NCBI GenBank assembly: GCA_041746255.1
Contig: JBGTHM010000005.1
Location: 1-64,000, forward strand
DNA length: 64,000 nucleotides
Direction of reading: 5' to 3'
Source: Fibrobacteria bacterium
GTDB lineage: Bacteria > Fibrobacterota > Fibrobacteria > UBA11236
Shown here piece by piece: positions 10,555-21,070 of this stretch (positions within the stretch are counted from its first letter, which is position 1; each line of letters opens with the position of its first letter). The notes under the pieces are model-generated. The model saw only the letters and a program-made list of their open reading frames with translations, was not told the DNA's origin and searched no databases. The position numbers were made by a program, and so were the translations under genes.

Positions 10555-11448
10555 ATGTCGAACCGCCGCCTTGCCATTTGTCCCGACGACAAGATTCCTA
10601 TGCGCACCGTCACGCAACCCGATTTGACTTATGACGAATGTGAAAAGTGCGGGGGGCTCTATTTCGATCAAGGAGCTCTCAATCAACTCATCACCAGCGT
10701 ATCGGGTGATGTGGAAAAAGCCAGCCTCATCGATTTGGATCCGGTAGTCGACAATCATCCCCTTCGAGCCTGCCCCGTCGCACCCGAACATACCATGAAA
10801 AAAATCGAATTCCTGGTGCATACCGACATCGTCTTGGATTATTGCGAAGCCTGCCAAGGTTTTTTTCTGGATAAGGGCGAATTGGAAAAGGCCAATGAAT
10901 CCTTGCGCGACTCCGCTCTGGGACGCGAATCCGACGAGTTCCGGAAAACCGTGGACGGCTATCTGGTTGTGGGCAAATACAATCGGGGTGTTTCGGCCGC
11001 CCAAGCGGCCAGCGTGCTCGGCCAGGGATATGCCATTCCCGTCAAATATATTTCCATCGGTGTTTATTTTCCTTCGCCACTCGGCCTGGGGCTGGTCGTA
11101 ACGCGCGAGACTTTTCCGCATCGGCTGGGACGCTTCTTCGGCCTAAACAAAGAAGATTTGAAAACCGGCGATGCGAGCTTCGACGACATTTTTCTGGTCA
11201 AGGCGAAAAAGAGTGAAAAAGCTCTCAAAGCCTTGAATCCGGATGTGCGCGCACGTATGTCCGATTTTCTACGTCAGGAAAACTCCGTCTTGCAGCCGGA
11301 CGGTTCCGAACTCGTCTTAAACGACCAAGGCCTATTTTACAGCGAAGGCCCTTATAGCGAGGAGATGGAAATCGATTTGGAATCGCAAGCCAAGCCCCTT
11401 GTAGCGGCTCTCCTTGAGACGGCACAGCGCCTAAAGGCTTCCGTGTGA
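10555..11448 (+). CDS. Protein with two zf-TFIIB-like zinc ribbons
   Basis: CPDD...CEKCGGLYFDQGAL and CPV...DYCEACQGFFLDKGEL. Confidence 0.75.
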   Translation: MSNRRLAICPDDKIPMRTVTQPDLTYDECEKCGGLYFDQGALNQLITSVSGDVEKASLIDLDPVVDNHPLRACPVAPEHTMKKIEFLVHTDIVLDYCEACQGFFLDKGELEKANESLRDSALGRESDEFRKTVDGYLVVGKYNRGVSAAQAASVLGQGYAIPVKYISIGVYFPSPLGLGLVVTRETFPHRLGRFFGLNKEDLKTGDASFDDIFLVKAKKSEKALKALNPDVRARMSDFLRQENSVLQPDGSELVLNDQGLFYSEGPYSEEMEIDLESQAKPLVAALLETAQRLKASV

Positions 11449-11885
11449 ACCCGGCCGAGCGCTTGCGCACCTTTCGGGAAAGAATGCAATTGGGAGCGGA
11501 GGCGGTGGCCGCTCAAATTGGTGTGGATGCCGATTGGTATACCGATATGGAAGCCGATCCCGAATATCTGGAAGAGAGCCTCGATTTCGAACAAGTGAAA
11601 AAACTTTCCGTGGTACTTGAGGTTTCTTTAACCACCCTTTTGACGGGTGATCCGCCCGACGATCCACAGGGTTCCTTTTCGCTGCCCGAATTACGCGCCA
11701 AGGTAAACCGCCACCTGGGCGAGGGTTCCGAGGCTCGCGAAGAATTGGAAGAGCGAATCGGGTGGGACCTCACTCCTTTTCTCCGCGACGCCGAAGAAGG
11801 TTGGGGCTATAAGCCCGGGTTTTTCCGCGACCTCTGTTCGGCGATGGGCCTCGACTGGAAAAAGTTGCTGAGTCGTTACGAGTGA
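11445..11885 (+). CDS. XRE-like helix-turn-helix protein
   Basis: ERLRTFRERMQL..EAVAAQIGV...WY..ME pattern; GTG start overlaps the upstream stop. Confidence 0.55.
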   Translation: MNPAERLRTFRERMQLGAEAVAAQIGVDADWYTDMEADPEYLEESLDFEQVKKLSVVLEVSLTTLLTGDPPDDPQGSFSLPELRAKVNRHLGEGSEAREELEERIGWDLTPFLRDAEEGWGYKPGFFRDLCSAMGLDWKKLLSRYE

Positions 11886-11970
11886 ACCCATTTTCTACTA
11901 GCCTTCTCCCCTCATAAAAAGCCTGTTTTAACTATAGCAACGGCTATTCCCCTGGAATAGCAAGACCGAG

Positions 11971-12558
11971 GTGGCTTTTATGAATTTACCCCAATTGCAG
12001 CTTTCCCATGAATTCATTCCCTTGCCGGAATCCTTGTTTTCGTCGGACAGCCATAAACCTTTCCATGAATGCCTGATTTGCAATCGATACTTGCTAATGG
12101 AAGGCACCCAATATCTCATTGAAAAGGCTTTTCGCGGATTGGAAATCGTCTTTGAATATGCCATCTGCACCCGATGCTTTTCGGAAGTAGCAGCCGGTTT
12201 TTCCGAGGATTCGCGGCAAAAGGTCGATGAATATTATGCCGATCGTGTCGATTTGGTGGGAAGACGACGATTTTTGATGCAGCGTTACCCGCTAAATCTG
12301 GAAGAGTGGATTTCCCAATGCCTGGTGACCGGCTTACCTCGGCAAACCTATACTGAATACAATGTTGTTGTCGAATGCGATGGGAATAATCTCTTATTCG
12401 CCTATTCGCCTTTTCTGATTTCCGGGGATGCGCTGGAAGAAATCTATGACCTGCTTTCGGAGCATACCCGGGCGGAGTTGGGTGGATTCATGGAACATTA
12501 CCTTGGGCTCCCGCCCGAAGCGGTGGAAAACACCCCGCCTCGTTTTTTGGTGAGTTAA
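11971..12558 (+). CDS. Cys-rich hypothetical protein (possible Zn binding)
   Basis: CLIC, CTRC and additional Cys residues; coherent ORF. Confidence 0.6.
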   Translation: MAFMNLPQLQLSHEFIPLPESLFSSDSHKPFHECLICNRYLLMEGTQYLIEKAFRGLEIVFEYAICTRCFSEVAAGFSEDSRQKVDEYYADRVDLVGRRRFLMQRYPLNLEEWISQCLVTGLPRQTYTEYNVVVECDGNNLLFAYSPFLISGDALEEIYDLLSEHTRAELGGFMEHYLGLPPEAVENTPPRFLVS

Positions 12559-12799
12559 TCCGGCCTGCGGCCCGCTGAAACCTCGAAGGACCTTCGAGTA
12601 AAACCTGCCTCCTTTCCCGATATCAGGGAAAATTTTGCTGGTCGATACCATTCCTAATGGACAAGTTAAAGTCCGGCTTCATCAAAAACCTCCCATTTTC
12701 GGCCAAATTTCCCGATTCTTTCTCCCGTTTAATTCTTGGCCCGGCCCTTGCTTTACCATGGGAATCGGTTCAAAGGCGAAATCGCTTAGGGAGGAACCC

Positions 12800-13195
12800 A
12801 TGCTAGTTGATACAATGGAAGATGTAATCCGAGAAGAAGACCAATTGGTAAGCATACGCGATGCCGCCAGAATAATCGGTGTTCCCGCCCATACTCTTAG
12901 GTATTGGGAAAAGGAATTTGCTGACTATTTGATACCGCCACGAACCCAGGGTAAACAGCGCCGCTATGGAGACGAACAAATCGATCGGCTCCGCAACATT
13001 TTTCGCATGTTGAAGGAAGAAGGCTACTCGATTGCGGGTGCCAAGCGCTCCTTGAGAAAACAACACCTCAAAGAGAACTCTGTGGTACAACCGGCCAAAG
13101 TGTCCGGGGTCCGGGGTTCAAGCCTGGACCATCTCAGCACCGACATGGCCCAGAAAATCATGGCCCTTGTGCGCAGCCAACTGATGTTTTCCTGA
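12800..13195 (+). CDS. MerR-family transcriptional regulator
   Basis: SIRDAARIIGVPAHTLRYWEKEF...P.RT.GKQRRY...I...L.EEGYSIAGAK; GGAGG RBS before ATG 12800. Confidence 0.9.
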   Translation: MLVDTMEDVIREEDQLVSIRDAARIIGVPAHTLRYWEKEFADYLIPPRTQGKQRRYGDEQIDRLRNIFRMLKEEGYSIAGAKRSLRKQHLKENSVVQPAKVSGVRGSSLDHLSTDMAQKIMALVRSQLMFS

Positions 13196-13235
13196 AATAA
13201 TGGTATAAACTCAACCCGGAAAAACTTAGCGGACA

Positions 13236-16200
13236 ATGCCTCCACATAGCCCATTATACTCCGTTATTATCGTCTCGTATAACGGTAAATCCAACTTGGA
13301 GCGCTGCCTCGACAGCTTGAGAAAAAATCCTCCTGTGCAGGGAGGTCAGGAGATTATTGTGGTAGACAATGACTCACTGGACGGTAGTGCTGATTTCCTG
13401 CGGGAGCAAAAGGACGTCCTCAGCCTGTGGAACCCGGAAAACAGAGGCTTCTCACGTGCCTGTAATCAGGGGGCTGCACAAGCAAGCGGCGAATTCCTGG
13501 TCTTCCTAAACCCCGATACGCAAGTAGGGCCAGGTTGGCTGGAGGGCATGAGCGCCTATTTCGCCGATAAAGCGGTGGGAGCAGTGGGACCCCTTTCCAA
13601 TTATGTCGCCGGTTTGCAGAAAATCGCCTTGCATGCCCGTTGCGAAACCCCGGTTTTTTCGGCGGGGTCGGACTCCGATCTTCCCGTGAAAATCGCCAAT
13701 TTTTGCACTACTCTCTCCCGGGAAAACCGGGGGCTCGGCAAACTGACTAAACTCCTGATTGGATTCTGCCTCATGATTCCCCGCTCACTCTTCTCGGAAA
13801 TGGGAGGTATGGATGAAGATTTATTTCTGGGGAATGACGATTTGGATTTGAGTTGGAGACTTTCTTTACAAAAGCGTAAGCTGGTTGTCGCTACCGATGT
13901 TTTTGTTTTTCATGAGGGCCAGGTCAGCTTCAACTCCCGGGAAAAATCGGATGTGAATGATTTGGTGAAACAATCCACCGACGCTCTATATGCCAAGTTG
14001 GTTCACTATTATGGAGGAGCGGAAAACGTTCCAACTCCCGCGGAAATTTGGGGTATGTCCTGGTTTCAGCCTTCTCCGGAAGCCAAGGCCCGATTTGCAA
14101 AAGCGAAGTCGGAGCTACCGGCTTCAAATCGGGATAGTGATGCGGCCTGGAAAAGCTGGACCCATTGTATCTATTTGCAAGGTGATGTTAACGAAGTAGC
14201 CGGCGCACTCGTCTCCACCCTGGAGTCTTTGCCCGCCACTCCTTGCTTGGACGTTCTATTGCTGAACGCAACGGGAAAAAGCCTTCGTCATGTCTCTACC
14301 CGCATCGATATGCGCGAAAGGCTCTGTACGGAGTCGGCGACACCCTGGGAAGCCTTGCGTGAAAGCCTTCCGCAAGTTACCCGCGAAGGTATTCTCTTCG
14401 TTTGCGCCGGTGTGGAATTCTCGGCGCTGTTTAATTTCTGGTTTGCACGTCAGGCCGACCCCAACGGTCCACCTTTATCGCCATTGATAAAAGTTCCCGC
14501 CTCCGGAGCAGCGGAAAAATCGCGCGAAGACAAACTTCTACCGCCGGGCGCCTGGGCTTTCGCCTGGGGCCGAAAGGCCGTTGAACAATTTTCCGAAGCC
14601 CCCCTCCTGTTGTGGCGCAACGCCCGGCCGGAAACATTCATGTCCACCAACCCACCCGTATTATCAGGGAGCAACCCCATGGCAACTACACAAACTGAAT
14701 CCCCCAGTTGGACCGCTGTTTCCACCTCTGGTGGTACCGCATCCGAAGGCGACAAATACTCCGGTTTCCCGGATTCGTTGCAATCCCATATGCGCGACGC
14801 CCGCGACCTGGGCCTGGCCGGAAAAAGTACCGAGACGCCACCGGTTTTCGGCCCCATAACGGGAATCGATTTGGAAGGCCGTGCCGTCAAACTGGAAAGC
14901 CAGGACGTTTGTATCGTACGCGTTACCCCAGAAATGCATGAAGGATTGCCCGACCGGTTGGCTAATTTCCGCAAGCAAATGCCCGCGTTGAGAAAATTGA
15001 TTGTGCTGATTAAAGATTTCAAACCGGCGCCGGCGGCCGCGCCCGAAGCGAGTGAAGCCGATAAAGTCCGTAATGCCCTATGGCGAGCCGGCTATGTGGT
15101 TCAAGAAGAAACCGGATACGCTGGCCTCGCCGCCGGAGCGAAGAACCTGGGGGAGCGGGGACTGGACGAGAGCGTAGGTCGACAATTCATCGCCGAGCCC
15201 AGGCCGCAAGCCTATACATTGGACAAGATGGTATCCATAATAATTCTGGGCTTCAATCAAGTCGACTATACCCGCCAATGCATCGAGTCTATCCAAGCCG
15301 TTACCCGCCAGCGCATTGAACTCATTTTAGTGGACAATGGCAGCAGTGACAAAACCGCGGAATATTTCCGCAGCGTGTCCGGCGCCAAGGTGGTCATAAA
15401 TGCCGAAAACTTAGGGGTATCGCGCGGATGGAATCAAGGACTTCGCCGCGCCGAGGGGGATTACCTCCTCATTTTCAACAACGATACCTTGGTTACGCCC
15501 GGATGGCTGGAAAACATGGTCCGTCTCGCCGAATGCCATCCCGATATCGGTTTGGTAGGCCCGCGCAGCAATGTCATCAGCGGACCGCAACTCATCGAAA
15601 ACGTCCCTTATAAAAATCGCCCCGAGCTGGAAGAGTTCGCGCGCCAATGGCGCTCCAGCCACGATCTCAGCGCCTGGGAATTCAATCGCGTGACGGGATT
15701 CTGCATGCTTATTCCCCGCCGCGTTTTTTCCAAAGTCGGTTTTTTCGACGAACGCTTCGGCAAAGGAAACTTCGAAGACGACGACTATTGCGTGCGCGCG
15801 AGGCAATACGGTTACCGCCTGATGGTAGCCGATGACAGCTTCGTGCATCATTACGGCAGCCTGAGTTTCCGTAGTAACGATTCCGTCGACTTCAATACGC
15901 AAATGGCGAAGAACCAAGTGCTTTTCCAGCAAAAATGGTCGCGCGGAAAAGCGGCCTTGCACGATACCCAGGTCAGCGAAGAGCCTTCCCACGCTATGAC
16001 CACTTCCCTTTCCGCATGGCGGCTCGAAATCGAAGCCCTGCTGGAAAAAAAGGAATACCCTAAGGCCCTGGAAAAAACCGAGGCCGCGCTTCGCAGCGGA
16101 GAAGATCAGGGAATATGCCTGAACTATATGGGCGTACTGGCTTTGGCCTTCGGAGAAAAATCCCTGGCGTGCCGGAACTTTGAATTGGCCCATGCCGCCT

Positions 16201-17165
16201 CGCCGCATGTAGCCGATATCCAACTCAACTATTTCGACGCATTGATGTTAAATGGCCGTTCCCGCGAGGCTCTGGTTTTCGCGAATAGGATTTTATCCCA
16301 ACCCGCGCTTTCGACTCCGGGTACGGAGGAAAACTGGGAATTGGCTTTGAGCCGGGATTATTTAGCTTGGGCATTGGAATTAGGCGAGCCCGACGCCGAA
16401 ATACTTTTTGCTTCGCGCGAAACCAATAGCCGGGCCGAAAAGCTTCTGCAAGTCGGCCAAGCCGCCGAGGCCCTGCAAATTCTGGAGGAATTTCTTACGC
16501 GCATACCCAACGATTATCAGGCTTGGAACAATTTGGGCATCGCCCAATTCTACCTGAAAGATTTCGACGGAGCACTGGGAAGCTTCGGCAGTTCGCTCGA
16601 ATGCCATCCCCTGGGTGCGGATGCGCTGAGCAACGCCTTGGACGCTGCGCTCAAACTCAAATGCGGCGAAGGCATGGTCCCGGCTTTGGATATCATTCTG
16701 GAACGAAGGCCCGATGCCCGGGCCGTGAGCGACTTACGGGAAATCCTGCGCAAGGAAGGTCGCGGCATCAATGCCTATAAAAACTTGGCGCAGGCCAAAG
16801 CTCTCGCCCCCTATCTTCAGGCCGCGGAAACCAAATTGGAGGCCGGAGACCTTCCCGGCGCCATCGCCGATTTCTCACGCGTGCTCCAGGAACATCCCCA
16901 CAACCCGCGCGCCTTGAACGGCATGGGAGTGACGGCCTTCGCGCAGGGATCGGTCAAAGATGCCTTCGGGCTTTTCCGCGAAGCGCTCAAATACAATCCC
17001 ATGGATCAAGACACGCTCCTCAATCTCTGGGACGCCGCCGAAAAACTCAATTTACGCCGCGAAACCCTCCCGGTTCTGGAGCATGCCTTACGTATCGAAC
17101 CGAAACTCACGGGCGTAAAGACGGCCGTGGCGGAAATGCGGGGACTTTCGGGAATGGGAGCTTGA
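13236..17165 (+). CDS. Large multidomain glycosyltransferase: two GT2 domains plus C-terminal TPRs
   Basis: SVIIVSYN..IIVVDNDS.D..FLNPD and SIIILGFN..LILVDNGS.D..IFNND...FEDDDY; TPR motifs AWNNLGI and ALNGMGV. Confidence 0.9.
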   Translation: MPPHSPLYSVIIVSYNGKSNLERCLDSLRKNPPVQGGQEIIVVDNDSLDGSADFLREQKDVLSLWNPENRGFSRACNQGAAQASGEFLVFLNPDTQVGPGWLEGMSAYFADKAVGAVGPLSNYVAGLQKIALHARCETPVFSAGSDSDLPVKIANFCTTLSRENRGLGKLTKLLIGFCLMIPRSLFSEMGGMDEDLFLGNDDLDLSWRLSLQKRKLVVATDVFVFHEGQVSFNSREKSDVNDLVKQSTDALYAKLVHYYGGAENVPTPAEIWGMSWFQPSPEAKARFAKAKSELPASNRDSDAAWKSWTHCIYLQGDVNEVAGALVSTLESLPATPCLDVLLLNATGKSLRHVSTRIDMRERLCTESATPWEALRESLPQVTREGILFVCAGVEFSALFNFWFARQADPNGPPLSPLIKVPASGAAEKSREDKLLPPGAWAFAWGRKAVEQFSEAPLLLWRNARPETFMSTNPPVLSGSNPMATTQTESPSWTAVSTSGGTASEGDKYSGFPDSLQSHMRDARDLGLAGKSTETPPVFGPITGIDLEGRAVKLESQDVCIVRVTPEMHEGLPDRLANFRKQMPALRKLIVLIKDFKPAPAAAPEASEADKVRNALWRAGYVVQEETGYAGLAAGAKNLGERGLDESVGRQFIAEPRPQAYTLDKMVSIIILGFNQVDYTRQCIESIQAVTRQRIELILVDNGSSDKTAEYFRSVSGAKVVINAENLGVSRGWNQGLRRAEGDYLLIFNNDTLVTPGWLENMVRLAECHPDIGLVGPRSNVISGPQLIENVPYKNRPELEEFARQWRSSHDLSAWEFNRVTGFCMLIPRRVFSKVGFFDERFGKGNFEDDDYCVRARQYGYRLMVADDSFVHHYGSLSFRSNDSVDFNTQMAKNQVLFQQKWSRGKAALHDTQVSEEPSHAMTTSLSAWRLEIEALLEKKEYPKALEKTEAALRSGEDQGICLNYMGVLALAFGEKSLACRNFELAHAASPHVADIQLNYFDALMLNGRSREALVFANRILSQPALSTPGTEENWELALSRDYLAWALELGEPDAEILFASRETNSRAEKLLQVGQAAEALQILEEFLTRIPNDYQAWNNLGIAQFYLKDFDGALGSFGSSLECHPLGADALSNALDAALKLKCGEGMVPALDIILERRPDARAVSDLREILRKEGRGINAYKNLAQAKALAPYLQAAETKLEAGDLPGAIADFSRVLQEHPHNPRALNGMGVTAFAQGSVKDAFGLFREALKYNPMDQDTLLNLWDAAEKLNLRRETLPVLEHALRIEPKLTGVKTAVAEMRGLSGMGA

Positions 17166-18715
17166 GGGTTCCTTCCCGCCCATCCCTGTTGCCCATGAAT
17201 CTCAGCGTTTGCAGTATCATCCGGGACGAATCTTCCCAGATAAAGGCTTGGGCGGATTGCCTGCCTTTAGGTGAAATCGATTGGGTGGTCGTCGATACCG
17301 GATCCATCGACGATTCGCGCGAAATGCTGGAGGGTATGCACATACCCGTTTACCCTTTTTCATGGTGTGACGATTTTTCCGCCGCCCGCAACCATTCCCT
17401 TGATAAAGCCACCCGCGACTGGATACTTTGGCTCGACGCCGACGACAGGATTGATCCGGAAACCTGGCGGCGGATCAAAGGCCTGATTTCGAACGGCCCC
17501 GCCGCCTATCGCTTCAAAATCACCAGCCCGCGCGAAGACGGCAGTGGGGACAGCTTTCGTCAGATTCGCTTATTCCATCGCTCTTACAATCTTCGCTTCG
17601 AAGGCAAGGTGCATGAGCAATTGGCCACCTCCGCACAAAGACAAAGAATCTCCATACTCGATTCCGAAGTGGAAATCCGCCATATCGGATATGCCGACGA
17701 AGCAAGACGCAACCTGAAGCGAGAGAGAAATTTCAAATTGCTGCAAGCTGAAGTCGCAGCCCATCCCAACGATGCCGTCGTGGTGCTGGAGTGGGGTAAT
17801 TGCCTGGGACAGATGGGGCGGTTCCCGGAGGCCCTGCAAGCCTATCATTCTTTGGTTCCCGGCGATACCCAGGCCGACACGCCCGCTCCGGAAGACGAGG
17901 CCTTGCGGATTTTTCCGGAACTCATCGCCGATACTTACGTGAAAATGGGAAGGGAAAACGACGCCTTTTCCTGGTATTTGCTGGCAAGGCAATGGGAACC
18001 CGATGCCCCCATGCCCGCCTATTGGCTCGCTCAGCGCGCTTTGCGCGAAGGGGATTTACCCAAAGCCCTCGAACTTTTCCGGGGAATCGTCTCCGCACCG
18101 GCGCGCATCGGCAGGGTTGCGCGCGACGTCGACTCCGTGCGCCGCAATGCCCTGGCGTTTCTCATAAGCAGCGAATTGGAGCTAACCGGCATGGCATCGG
18201 TTCCCCTGCGCACCTATATGGACGAATTGGTTGCGGGCGACCTGCAACATTTTCCCCTGCAACCTTCCGTGGTCATCGGCTATTTCCGAGATTTACCCCA
18301 AGCCGATAAACTGGTCTCTTTTTGTGAACGCTACCTGGCAGCACACCCGAGAGAAACGGAAGTGTGGATCGATTATCTGGAGGCCTTGTTGATGCTCGAG
18401 CGCCCCCTCGACCTCCTCTCCGCTGCCGCCCGCATGCGCCAAAACCTGCCCGCGCATGGAACGGTCGAAGCGCTCGCGGGAAAAGCCCGCGAAGCCTTGG
18501 ATATTCCCTTCCAGGATATCTACCGACACTACTTTGCCCAATTGCAGAACTTTCCCTCCGATCCGTCGCTGCGGGTTTTCTTTACCGACTGGGTCAATCA
18601 GCATAATCTTCATGCTCAATGCTATTCCGACCTCAAAAGTCTGCGTCGTCCCTCACCCGAATTGCAGGAATTCATCTTACAACTGGAGAATCAGGGCCAC
18701 GGTAAAGGAAAATAG
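17162..18715 (+). CDS. GT2 glycosyltransferase with TPRs (SunS/flagellin-GT-like architecture)
   Basis: VVVDTGSID, DDFSAARN, WILWLDADD, FEGKVHEQ, IRHIGY; alternative ATG at 17195. Confidence 0.9.
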   Translation: MRVPSRPSLLPMNLSVCSIIRDESSQIKAWADCLPLGEIDWVVVDTGSIDDSREMLEGMHIPVYPFSWCDDFSAARNHSLDKATRDWILWLDADDRIDPETWRRIKGLISNGPAAYRFKITSPREDGSGDSFRQIRLFHRSYNLRFEGKVHEQLATSAQRQRISILDSEVEIRHIGYADEARRNLKRERNFKLLQAEVAAHPNDAVVVLEWGNCLGQMGRFPEALQAYHSLVPGDTQADTPAPEDEALRIFPELIADTYVKMGRENDAFSWYLLARQWEPDAPMPAYWLAQRALREGDLPKALELFRGIVSAPARIGRVARDVDSVRRNALAFLISSELELTGMASVPLRTYMDELVAGDLQHFPLQPSVVIGYFRDLPQADKLVSFCERYLAAHPRETEVWIDYLEALLMLERPLDLLSAAARMRQNLPAHGTVEALAGKAREALDIPFQDIYRHYFAQLQNFPSDPSLRVFFTDWVNQHNLHAQCYSDLKSLRRPSPELQEFILQLENQGHGKGK

Positions 18716-18727
18716 GGAGGAATCCCT

Positions 18728-21070
18728 ATGACGAACTCAAAATCCCATCCCCCCGCCACGCGGGAGCTCTTGCAAGCCCTAAAGGGAATCGGAACCCGGC
18801 AAAAGCCATTGATAAGCCCCCATACCCCGAATACTCTTTCGGTGGTGATGATAGTCAAAAACGAAGCCAAAAATATTCGCGCCGCGGTGGAAAGTTTTCA
18901 AGCTTTCGCCGACGAAATCATCGTCAACGATACCGGTTCCACCGATGGCACCCAACAAATTCTGGCCGAACTGGGAGTTGTCTGGTTTCAATCCGAATGG
19001 ATAAACGATTTCAGCCATTCCCGCAATCAAACCTTGGAGCGGGCTTCCTGCAGTTGGATTTTATGGCTCGACGCCGACGATCGCATTCCTGCGGACCAAG
19101 CCGCCACTTTTCGGCGACTGAAAACCGCCCCTCTGGATAGGGCCTTCGGGTTCCAGGTGGTCAATACCCAGGCCGGACGTCCCATAGGCGCGCGTTTCCT
19201 GCAAATCCGCATGTTCCCCAATCATCCTAAAATACGGTTTCGTTACCGTATTCACGAACAAATAATTCACAGTGTCGGGCTTCTGGGTCTACATTGCTTT
19301 TATCTGGAAACCACCATTCACCATACGGGTTATGAAGACGAGCCCCTGAAAAAAATCAAGGCGCGCCGCAATCTCGAAATTCTGGCACAAGAACAGGAAA
19401 GGCTGGCCACCGAGCCCAGTCTGGCCATGAGCGTCGGCGATTCCCACTATATTCTCGAAGAATGGGAGCAAGGCATAGCCGCCTATCAGGCAGCCCTCGC
19501 AGTACCTGCCTGCGAAGAAATCAACCGCGACATTTATAACGAACTCCCCAATTGCATCGGCAGGGGTTTGCAGAAACTGGGCCGCCTCGAGGAAGCGCTT
19601 TCCTGGTTCGACCGCTCGCATACCCTTCAGCCGGGGAAATTGGAACCGCTTTATTACAAAGCCGAATGCATGATGGGTTTGCAAAAAAAAACGGAAGCAC
19701 GAATACTTTTTACGAAGCTGATCGCAATGCCGGACCTCTTGTCCGGTACCGCCAGCCAAAACCATGGCATCCGCGCATTCTCCTATTTCCACCTGGGGAC
19801 TCTATTATACGAAGCCGGTGACTACGAGGAATGCCTGACTACGGCCCAGAGCATGGTGGATAAATTTCCGGAGGTGTTGGAAGGCAGGCAATTGCTGGAA
19901 AAATGCCTCGTGAAAATGAAAGGTTCTCTACCCACCCTTTCGGTGACGATGATAGTGAAAAACGAAGCGAGGAATATACACAGCGCGGTGGAAAGCTTGC
20001 GTTCCGTTGCCGACGAAATCATCGTCAACGATACCGGGTCTACGGACGGTACCCAGCAAATATTGACTGACCTAAGCGTCACATGGTTCCAATCCGAGTG
20101 GAAAGCCGATTTCAGCCATGCCCGCAACCAATCTCTGGAGAAGGCTACAGGAGATTGGATTCTCTGGCTAGATGCCGACGATATTCTCCTCGAAGAGGAT
20201 GCGCGCGCCATCCGCCAGCTCTTAGAAAAACACCCGCATGGTGACCGGGCATTCGGTTTCGTAGTGAAAAATTCGCAGGACCGGGGCAAAACTGGTGCGG
20301 TATTCAACCAGGTTCGGCTTTTTCCCAACCGGCCCGAACTGCGTTTTACTTCTCCGGTGCATGAACAAATCCTTCCAGCGCTGGAAAAGGCGGGGATTCC
20401 GGTGGAGTATACCGGTATCCGAGTCATCCATACCGGCTATACCAGTACGGAAGTCATGCGCGCCAAGCAGGTGCGTAACCGGGAAATTCTCGCTCGGCAA
20501 ATCCGAGAGGGGAGGGAAGTCACATCGGTGACGCTTTTTTCCCTAGGAAATGCCTGCCTGGACTTAAAGGAGTATGAAGAAGCCATTGAGTATTTCCGAC
20601 AGGCTGGAAAAATGGCGGAGGAGCAAAAGAATAACCCCCATATTCGAGAGAGCGCCCCGGTGAAGATAGCCGCCTGCCTTTGCTATCTCGAACGCTTTGC
20701 CGAAGCCTCTGCGTTGCTGAAAGAAGTTTTCCCCGGAGGCCGAGTGACGTCCCATGCCAATCCTGAGGCGATTCTCATACAAGCTCAGGCCGAAGCCGCG
20801 CTGGGAAATGCCGACTTGGCGCGCATGGGATACGAAAGCCTTTTGGATTGCACGGAGGGTCCGGTATTCATTCCGGTGGATTTCCAGCTGCTTAAGGTAA
20901 AAGCCTTGCGGTTCCTGGGGGAATATTGGCAACAGCGTGGACAAGGCGAATTGGCGATAAACCTGCTTAAAGCCGGTATCGCCCTGCAATCTGGCCTTGA
21001 TTTTCGCGTATCCGATTTACACCAGGCCTATGCGAAATGCGGAATACCCCAGGCAATTCCTGGGATTTAA
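18728..21070 (+). CDS. Tandem (GT2-TPR)x2 glycosyltransferase
   Basis: LSV.MIVKNEA.NI...ADEIIVNDTGSTDGT...DFSH.RN...WILWLDADD...HEQI occurs twice, each copy followed by TPRs. Confidence 0.92.
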   Translation: MTNSKSHPPATRELLQALKGIGTRQKPLISPHTPNTLSVVMIVKNEAKNIRAAVESFQAFADEIIVNDTGSTDGTQQILAELGVVWFQSEWINDFSHSRNQTLERASCSWILWLDADDRIPADQAATFRRLKTAPLDRAFGFQVVNTQAGRPIGARFLQIRMFPNHPKIRFRYRIHEQIIHSVGLLGLHCFYLETTIHHTGYEDEPLKKIKARRNLEILAQEQERLATEPSLAMSVGDSHYILEEWEQGIAAYQAALAVPACEEINRDIYNELPNCIGRGLQKLGRLEEALSWFDRSHTLQPGKLEPLYYKAECMMGLQKKTEARILFTKLIAMPDLLSGTASQNHGIRAFSYFHLGTLLYEAGDYEECLTTAQSMVDKFPEVLEGRQLLEKCLVKMKGSLPTLSVTMIVKNEARNIHSAVESLRSVADEIIVNDTGSTDGTQQILTDLSVTWFQSEWKADFSHARNQSLEKATGDWILWLDADDILLEEDARAIRQLLEKHPHGDRAFGFVVKNSQDRGKTGAVFNQVRLFPNRPELRFTSPVHEQILPALEKAGIPVEYTGIRVIHTGYTSTEVMRAKQVRNREILARQIREGREVTSVTLFSLGNACLDLKEYEEAIEYFRQAGKMAEEQKNNPHIRESAPVKIAACLCYLERFAEASALLKEVFPGGRVTSHANPEAILIQAQAEAALGNADLARMGYESLLDCTEGPVFIPVDFQLLKVKALRFLGEYWQQRGQGELAINLLKAGIALQSGLDFRVSDLHQAYAKCGIPQAIPGI

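Noticed and set aside
12599..12648. Sigma28-like -10 boxes (CCCGATAT, GTCGATAC) upstream of the MerR gene
   Set aside because: No TAAA/TCAAG -35 box at 15-bp spacing; too weak to call, but worth rechecking with a position weight matrix
12635..12799. N-terminal extension of the MerR ORF
   Set aside because: A strong GGAGG RBS precedes ATG 12800, and the extension looks like promoter sequence
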